Below are positions 56,258 through 64,000 of a DNA stretch of 64,000 nt, piece after piece. The notes under the pieces were generated by a model. It saw nothing but the letters and a program-made list of their open reading frames with translations. It did not search any database and was not told the DNA's origin. The DNA lies in the NCBI GenBank assembly GCA_965235115.1, contig OZ249447.1, positions 6,138,001-6,202,000 of the forward strand, given 5' to 3'. The position numbers and the translations under genes are program-made. This stretch comes from Laetmonice hystrix (Eukaryota). Position 1 is the first letter of the stretch; each line of letters starts with the position of its first letter.

Positions 56258-56599
56258 ATGGTCAATAAGAAAAGGGCCCAGTAGGGCCTAAGAGGCCAGA
56301 GGTTAGTATGGCAAGGGTGCAGTATGATCCTCACTATAGGAGCACAGCTTGTTGATTCTGGATGTTGGCTGTATGGACATAGCACAGTCTACATTCCGGC
56401 ATAGAGCTATGGGGCTAAGACTTGGGTTATGTATATGGCTAGGGTGACTTCTGCTTCAAGAATTTGTTGATTTTCAATATTCCATTATATTATAAAGTTA
56501 CTGACTAGCAATGGACATGGAACAGTGTCTGCCTCAACCATCCCTTCATGTCTGCATTTTGCTTTTAATGTGGCGTTGGTGAAGACAAATGGTTTCGGA

Positions 56600-57346
56600 C
56601 GATAATTTAGTCCTTCTACACGTCAGTATTTGGATATAATTTAGTCCTTCTGCACGTCAGTATTTGGATATAATTTAGTCCTACATGTCAGTATTTGGAT
56701 ATAATTTAGTCCTTCTACACGTCAGTATTTGGATATAATTTAGTCCTTCTACACGTCAGTATTTGGATATAATTTAGTCCTTCTACACGTCAGTATTTGG
56801 ATATAATTTAGTCCTTCTACACGTCAGTATTTGAATATAATTTAGTCCTTCTACACGTCAGCATTTGGATATAATTTAGTCCTTTAACACGTCAGTATTT
56901 GGATATAATTTAGTCCTTCTACACGTCAGTATTTGGATATAATTAGGTCCTTCTACACGTCAGTATTTGGATATAATTTAGTCCTTCTACACGTCAGTAT
57001 TTGGATATAATTTAGTCCTTCTACACGTCAGTATTTGGATATAATTTAGTCCTTCTACACGTCAGCATTTGGATATAATTTAGTCCTTCTACACGTCAGT
57101 ATTTGGATATAATTTAGTCCTTTTACACGTCAGCATTTGGATATAATTTAGTCCTTCTACACGTCAGCATTTGGATATAATTTAGTCCTTCTACACGTCA
57201 GTATTTGGATATAATTTAGTCCTTCTACACGTCAGTATTTGGATATAATTTAGTCCTTCTACACGTCAGTATTTGGATATAATTTAGTCCTTCTACACGT
57301 CAGTATTTGAATATAATTTAGTCCTTCTACACGTCAGTATTTGGAT
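56600..57346. repeat. Minisatellite, 34-bp unit x ~22
   Basis: Unit ataatttagtccttctacacgtcagtatttggat. Confidence 0.96.
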
Positions 57347-57778
57347 AAGGACGCCTCGGTAATATCGCCATTTTTCAAACCTGACTCCATTATATCGGGT
57401 GATAGAAATGGGCGGGTAGAGCAGTCATTTTACACCGTACATACACAGCTATAGGTCGTGCAAACTGTGCCGCCCCGATAACTCTGTCACAGCTCTAACA
57501 TCTGTCTGAACGCGTACACCAGCAGGCAAGAGACAGAAACCAAGACCGTTTGGTGTCCCGATGGAGCCGTAATAAACACTCGATGATAAAAGGACAGCAG
57601 TTAGGCCGGGTTATTAAACACAACTGGAGATATTGCTGTGGAGACGATAAGTTATTTACAGATAGAACAGGGTGACGTTTCAAGGAGATTTACGGCAACA
57701 TATTTCAGTGACGATATTGTCAAAGCCACCCTTTCCACCCCACCCCCGCTAAATTTATGCTTTTTCTTGTTTTTACAG

Positions 57779-57967
57779 AAAGCGCGTCTTGCGCGAATAC
57801 GGATGGCGAAGAATTCTGCAGGGGCCGCGTTCCTGAACAGCAAGAAGAAAATGGAGGAGAGAATGGCTGCCAGGGAAAGTGGTCTAGAAGTTAATGCAGA
57901 TCTCAAGGACGGCGATGTCTTTGAGCTTCAACACCATCATTTGCTCACCTGCCTCGAAAAGACTACA
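57779..57967 (+). CDS. Shal: Shal/Kv4 exon: cytoplasmic C-terminus with the conserved dileucine motif (189 nt, phase 0-0)
   Basis: ttttacag|AAA GCG CGT ... AAG ACT ACA|gtaagt. Translates KARLARIRMAKNSAGAAFLNSKKKMEERMAARESGLEVNADLKDGDVFELQHHHLLTCLEKTT, matching Kv4 KARLARIR and FExQHHHLLxCLEKTT. Confidence 0.97.
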
Positions 57968-58889
57968 GTAAGTACATTAATGGAAGGGGGCGGGGGAATT
58001 GGCGGCAGTGCTTGGCAGCGCGTATTGAGGTGGCCTATCATTGTCCACAAGGACTGACCATCAGGGATTTCCAATGGTGGTTTATGATAGAGTAGGCAGT
58101 GGTCGCAAGACGTGAAACATATTCCGAATATATACATGTGAACACGACAGGACATCCTCAAAGTTACTAATTATTATTACAGTGACCGTCTATTTGTTCC
58201 TTAATGAGTACAAGTCTAATTAGCATCATTGTTAATCGTAGTAAACAATAGTTTTCACGTTTAAACCTGATAGTTATAGGCACCCGTCAGATTGGTTTCG
58301 TTCCAAGACTTAAAGTGTTTACATGACTTTGTAACACGAAGTCTTGTGACTAGAAATTAACCCACACGGTTCACGTAACAGAGATTGTATCACTTTTCGC
58401 ATTGGTTTGTCGAAGATGTTTCCTTTCATTGACACTGTGCACAACGTGGCTTTGATTCACCTAGGATATCAAAGCATACATTCGTTTCTAGGATGAATGG
58501 GACTCCATACTCGACTTTGCATCATTTTCAATGTTTCACGACACCTTTATTGTTTACAGCACTAAACCAGTAAAGTTTACTTTGGTAAGCGGAAGAAAGT
58601 TTTAATTTTCGCTTTCGACATTCCAGTTGACTAGAGTAAAAACTAACAAAAGAAAAATTCTAATAAAACTCCTAAAGCTCTTCAAGATGTATTCCTGCAG
58701 TCTGAAATTCAGGACCCCAAGACTGTCTTTCATCGTGAAGAAGGTCAAAGATGAAACCTTTTTGTTTTACAAATGACTGACCGCAAGGACAGTATGCACT
58801 GCTGCTTCCACACGGTCTGGCTTGGCGTGAACATTGTCCTTAATGGCTCTGTGTAGGTGACCCATATGTCCTCCCTGTCCTCTGTTCAG

Positions 58890-58949
58890 GACGAGGACGT
58901 GTTCCATCTTCAGCACCATCACTTGCTCAATTGCCTTGAGAAGGTTACA
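58890..58949 (+). CDS. Shal: Putative alternative Shal exon (60 nt, phase 0-0) encoding a duplicate dileucine motif
   Basis: ctccctgtcctctgttcag|GAC GAG GAC GTG TTC CAT CTT CAG CAC CAT CAC TTG CTC AAT TGC CTT GAG AAG GTT ACA|gtgagt = DEDVFHLQHHHLLNCLEKVT. It is 16/20 aa identical to the last 20 codons of the preceding exon. Confidence 0.85.
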
Positions 58950-60675
58950 GTGAGTATTCTTGCTTGTAGTTACACATAGGAGATGCGAGTTGCGCAATGT
59001 AGAAAACGCTAGAGCACTTGACTCCCTCGCGGAAGCAGTCCTTCCGTCCCCCCTAGATGAAGAGCTCCGACACAAGAAACCAGTTGTTCCAACCTCTACC
59101 TATGTGACACTATCATGCAACTTTAGTGACTTTTTAACTGTCAGTGTTTAAATCGTCCATGACCTGTTTTTTACTCTTCAGGTAGTTGGGTGTTCATGGT
59201 GATAGACTTACTGTATTGTGGTTAATTTTGGAGTGACGAGTTATTGCCAAAGAGAAATCCGTATAGCAATCGCAGGTCGATTGTGAACACTTTCCCTGAT
59301 GGTCAGTACTTGGATGTGTCTGGCGTTAACCGTTCACAGAGTTTTTGTAGTGGTCATCGAACCTTTAGGCCTACGTTACGTATCTTACATTATCTTGGTG
59401 AAGTTTGTCGTTCTAATCTCGGTGTCGAGCTCGCTACCCGTAAAGTACGGTCACTAAGTTACGAAACGTGAACACCTAGGGAGTTGTCATATTCCCTTAT
59501 CTCCAGTCGTTTGCTTTGTTCTGAGTTAGTCATATCTACCCCCGTTTTTCACCTTCCATTTTTCTCTCCGCTCCTAACAAGCACCTAATATCTCTAAAGA
59601 GCGTAGGTAAACACGTAATATCGCAGATGTTTCTTAAGAAAATCCGCATGAAGGCCTGAAAATAGACAACGTGCGATAAAAAACAAACTTGCAGTGACAA
59701 TTTCCCTGATGCATGTTTCGATTTTTCTGTGTATGCTTGCATGTTACTTCATCTCTGTGGATTCATACACCTTTGAGAAATGTTTTATTGGTGTGTTTAC
59801 TGTGGCATTTTGACATTCGTATCTTTTGAGAAAGCAGGGCAGGTACTGGTGATTTTAACGAACGGACTGTTTATGGTAATCTCAGATAGTTTTGACAGAA
59901 ATTTAATGTCTTCTATATCTGATCCGGCCAAAGTTCCAACAATTCACATTTAAAATGTTTACTGACAAAAATCAGAGGATTCTATTATTGTGTAGGAATA
60001 TTCTTGTTCTACGACAAGAAAGTATTTGGTGATCATTTGACAGATTATAGTCTTACGGTTTACAATAATAGTTTCCGAGTGTTGGACAGTGTTGGTGAAG
60101 ACCCTTATAGTAATAATAGTCTTATTGTCTTTAGCTGACTTTACAATAGTTGTCTTCATTAATATTATTATTATTATTACCATTATTATTCACTTTCACT
60201 ATTATTCTCATTATGATTTTCCACAAATAACGTTAAACGTTGTCGTTATACATTTTCAGGGCGCTTCAGGTATCGACAGCAATATGTTATTTTCATAGGC
60301 TCTGTCTTCTGGATGCAATGTTGCTGATGACTATTTATGTCGTAACAAGGGCAGGTTTAACCTAGTTTATATAATAGTGTATGTACCTAGTGTATATGAC
60401 AATATTAGGGTTATTGTGGGAATGTGTGTGTATGAACGCTGCAGAGCCAGACGGACAGAGACGTCATCAAACAAAAGGTTACCCAGATAACTTAGATTTG
60501 TCAGGACTACCTTTACGTGGTGGCGCGCGACCGAGGAGGAATATTAATATTGGTTTCGAAACAGCAGAGCGCAAGTATACAGTAGACCCACTTTTTATAC
60601 CAAACATGCGCGCGCCCCTTGCCCATGTACGCTGGCACCAAATCCGTTTTATATTGGCGTTTCTTTTTCCAACAG

Positions 60676-60828
60676 GAACGAGAATTTGTCGATATGGACA
60701 TGCCCTACAACGGGGCGGCTAGTAAACCGTCGAACACCCCGCCATTGACGCCCAGTCCTTCCATTACCTCACTGCACGACCGGCGTTCGGGATGCTGCGC
60801 GCGCAGGCCATCCCACCGCAAGTATCAG
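60676..60828 (+). CDS. Shal: Shal/Kv4 exon: distal C-terminus (153 nt, phase 0-0)
   Basis: ttctttttccaacag|GAA CGA GAA TTT ... AAG TAT CAG|gtacgt. Translates EREFVDMDMPYNGAASKPSNTPPLTPSPSITSLHDRRSGCCARRPSHRKYQ, matching the (D/N)(R/H)EFV... and CCxRR motifs that follow LEKTT in Kv4 channels. Confidence 0.93.
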
Positions 60829-60851
60829 GTACGTATAGACCGCCCGCCTGT

Positions 60852-62912
60852 ATGACTGTTGGATCCCGTTCATGATGTGGCCGGCCTGGCCTCCTCACAG
60901 ACCTGTAAGACTGTTGGATCCGGTCAGGCGTCACTCTGGATGGGGCTGGCCTGGCCTCCTCACAGACCTGGTAGTTTGTTGGGGGGCCGGCCTGGCCTCC
61001 TCACAGATCTGGTAGTTTGTTAGGGGGCCGGCCTGGCCTCCTCACAGACCTGGTAGTTTGTTGGGGGGCCGGCCTGGCCTCCTCACAGACCTGATGTTTG
61101 TTGGGGGGCCGGCCTGGCGTCCTCACAGATCTGATGTTTGTTGGGGGGCCCGCCTGGCCTCCTCACAGACCTGGTAGTTTGTTAGGGGGCCGGCCTGGCC
61201 TCCTCACAGACCTGGTAGTTTGTTGGGGGGCCGGCCTGGCCTCCTCACAGACCTGGTAGTTTGTTGGGGGGGGGGGGGGCGGCCTGGCCTCCTCACAGAC
61301 CTGATGTTTGTTGGGGGCCGGCCTGGCCTCCTCACAGACCTGGTAGTTTGTTGGGGGCCGGCCTGGCCTCCTCACAGACCTGGTAGTTTGTTGGGGGGCC
61401 GGCCTGGCCTCCTCACAGACCTGGTAGTTTGTTAGGGGGCCGGCCTGGCCTCCTCACAGACCTGGTAGTTTGTTAGGGGGCCGGCCTGGCCTCCTCACAG
61501 ACCTGGTAGTTTGTTAGGGGGCCGGCCTGGCCTCCTCACAGACCTGGTAGTTTGTTGGGGGGCCGGCCTGGCCTCCTCACAGACCTGGTAGTTTGTTCGG
61601 GGGCCGGCCTGGCCTCCTCACAGACCTGATGTTTGTTGGGGGCCGGCCTGGTCTCCTCACAGACCTGGTAGTTTGTTGGGGGGGGGGCGGCCTGGCCTCC
61701 TCACAGACCTGATAGTTTGTTGGGGGGCCGGCCTAGCCTCCTCACAGACCTGGTAGTTTGTTGGGGGGCCGGCCTGGCCTCCTCACAGACCTGGTAGTTT
61801 GTTCGGGGGCCGGCCTGGCCTCCTCACAGACCTGGTAGTTTGTTCGGGGGCCGGCCTGGCCTCCTCACAGACCTGATGTTTGTTGGGGGCCGGCCTAGCC
61901 TCCTCACAGACCTGGTAGTTTGTTAGGGGGCCGGCCTAGCCTCCTCACAGACCTGGTAGTTTGTTAGGGGGCCGGACTGGCCTCCTCACAGACCTGATGT
62001 TTGTTGGGGGGCCGGCCTGGCCTCCTCACAGACCTGGTAGTTTGTTAGGGGGCCGGCCTAGCCTCCTCACAGACCTGGTAGTTTGTTAGGGGGCCGGCCT
62101 GGCCTCCTCACAGACCTGGTAGTTTGTTGGGGGGCCGGCCTGGCCTCCTCACAGACCTGGTAGTTTGTTCGGGGGCCGGCCTGGCCTCCTCACAGACCTG
62201 ATGTTTGTTGGGGGGCCGGCCTGGCCTCCTCACAGACCTGGTAGTTTGTTGGGGGCCGGCCTGGCCTCCTCACAGACCTGGTAGTTTGTTGGGGGGCCGG
62301 CCTGGCCTCCTCACAGACCTGGTAGTTTGTTGGGGGGGCCGGCCTGGCCTCCTCACAGACCTGGTAGTTTGTTGGGGGGCCGGCCTGGCCTCCTCACAGA
62401 CCTGGTAGTTTGTTGGGGGGGCCGGCCTGGCCTCCTCACAGACCTGGTAGTTTGTTAGGGGGCCGGCCTAGCCTCCTCACAGACCTGGTAGTTTGTTAGG
62501 GGGCCGGCCTAGCCTCCTCACAGACCTGGTAGTTTGTTAGGGGGCCGGCCTGGCCTCCTCACAGACCTGGTAGTTTGTTGGGGGGCCGGCCTGGCCTCCT
62601 CACAGACCTGGTAGTTTGTTCGGGGGCCGGCCTGGCCTCCTCACAGACCTGATGTTTGTTGGGGGCCGGCCTGGCCTCCTCACAGACCTGGTAGTTTGTT
62701 GGGGGGCCGGCCTGGCCTCCTCACAGACCTGGTAGTTTGTTGGGGGGCCGGCCTGGCCTCCTCACAGACCTGGTAGTTTGTTGGGGGGCCGGCCTGGCCT
62801 CCTCACAGACCTGGTAGTTTGTTGGGGGGGCCGGCCTGGCCTCCTCACAGACCTGGTAGTTTGTTGGGGGGCCGGCCTGGCCTCCTCACAGACCTGATAG
62901 TTTGTTGGGGGG
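60852..62912. repeat. GC-rich tandem array, ~42-bp unit x ~47, preceded by two longer proto-units
   Basis: Unit ggccggcctggcctcctcacagacctggtagtttgttggggg with a variable G-run. It begins ~25 nt after the Shal donor site. Confidence 0.96.
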
Positions 62913-64000
62913 TTTATGGTCGGTCGGACGTGGGCGGAGGAATGTGTGGGTGTGACGAAGGGCTCATTGAGAGAAAGAATGAGATATGTTCTAGCCGAGC
63001 AGTCGGTACAACCTCCTCTATGGCCCCGACTGCAATTTTAGTTCCCCCCCCCCCCCACTATTTCATAAATATGCACTAAAGTTGATTTGTACATGTTTCA
63101 ATGTGATACCGTGCCACACGGCGGTGGCATAGACACTGGTTTCCTATGCCGTGTGGTTCCCTTACATCACATTATCCTGGTCCCATGAAGTGGCAGCCTT
63201 CGTGACTCAACCCCTAACTGTGTTTGTGAATGTGACGAGTGACGTTTGCAGTCCGCCCTGTGTCAGTGTTGCCGGTAGGGCTCAACCCATAGACCAACTG
63301 TGTATATAGCTGCCGCAGAATTTGCCCCACCGGACCACCCGTAGACTGCCAACCTGCTAGCAACCTCAGAAATATCTTATGTTGAATGGGCATGACAGTA
63401 AACAAAAATCATTTGCTAACTCTTTCTTGCTTGGAAACAGGGACATAAATTTTGAGTATCTTTTAATGTGACTTTTCCATTCTAGTTCCAACATGGAAAA
63501 GGGCAGAATAATAAATATCCATGACCATTCATTCATAAGGCTTGTTGGCAAATAGATGACGAATGTATAAACATGTTAAATGGCATCTAATGAGATCGTA
63601 GCTTGCAGGTCGTATAGGGTAGGCCAGTATACTTAATAGTGATAGTGTTTGATTTGAAACTTGTAAATAGGCAAGGCTTCATAGTGTAAGCATTATAATT
63701 TCTGACATATTTGAGGATATTTCGGCGGATTATATGGTCATCACGGGCGATTTACGCTGCGCTGTTTGCAGGTCGAGTGCTCAGAGTATCCCGACAAAAA
63801 CAAAACCTTGATTCGGCATTGTGATCCATTGAGACCACGATTGATATACTCTTCTGGTATTACCCTTCACCTTTCCCAGTGATACGTGACTTTTGGGTTT
63901 ACTTGGTCAGCCGGCCAATTTGTATGACACCCGCAGACCTTCCCAACCCAATTCATCACCAAAACTTCCCAGCCCGACAAACTCGGATAAAAACGTCGTT

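Larger units (their letters stand above)
22311..57778 (+). other. Shal: ~35.5-kb Shal intron (GT...AG), containing an N gap
   Basis: Donor gtaagc at 22311 and acceptor ttttcttgtttttacag ending at 57778. It joins ...KAQK to KARLARIR..., as in known Kv4 proteins. Confidence 0.9.

Noticed and set aside
57968-58057. Read-through C-terminus VSTLMEGGGG...HKD* after LEKTT
   Set aside because: A perfect GTAAGT donor is present and nothing supports intron retention.
60260-60269. Possible microexon (ttttcag|GGCGCTTCAG|gtatcg)
   Set aside because: 10 nt is not frame-preserving, the donor is weak, and there is no homology support.
738-62912. CRISPR-like appearance of regularly spaced repeats
   Set aside because: All arrays are head-to-tail with no unique spacers, the context is a spliced animal gene, and there are no cas genes.
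63772-63882. Possible next Shal exon after tgtttgcag (VECSEYPDKNK…*)
   Set aside because: No recognisable Kv4 similarity and only a modest acceptor.

Overview
This is eukaryotic (animal) genomic DNA, almost entirely intronic, from the middle of a Shal/Kv4 (KCND-family) voltage-gated K+ channel gene on the + strand. The C-terminal sequence resembles protostome Shal, but the species cannot be determined. Three core exons are recognisable: 22148-22310 (pore GYG end, S6, proximal C-terminus), 57779-57967 (ending in the Shal dileucine motif ...QHHHLLTCLEKTT) and 60676-60828. The T1/S1-S5 exon(s) lie upstream of the window and the distal C-terminus lies downstream. The standout observation is a fourth, 60-nt phase-0 exon (58890-58949) encoding a second, diverged copy of the dileucine motif (DEDVFHLQHHHLLNCLEKVT). 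It has intact splice sites and a synonymous-biased divergence pattern, and it sits at the same position as the 19-aa cassette of mammalian Kv4.3L. The introns hold more than 20 unrelated tandem-repeat arrays (20-110 bp units), several MITE/foldback elements, decayed retroelement fragments and a 128-N assembly gap. Most long ORFs in the supplied track are by-products of these arrays. I found no intact RNA gene, CRISPR array or intact transposase.
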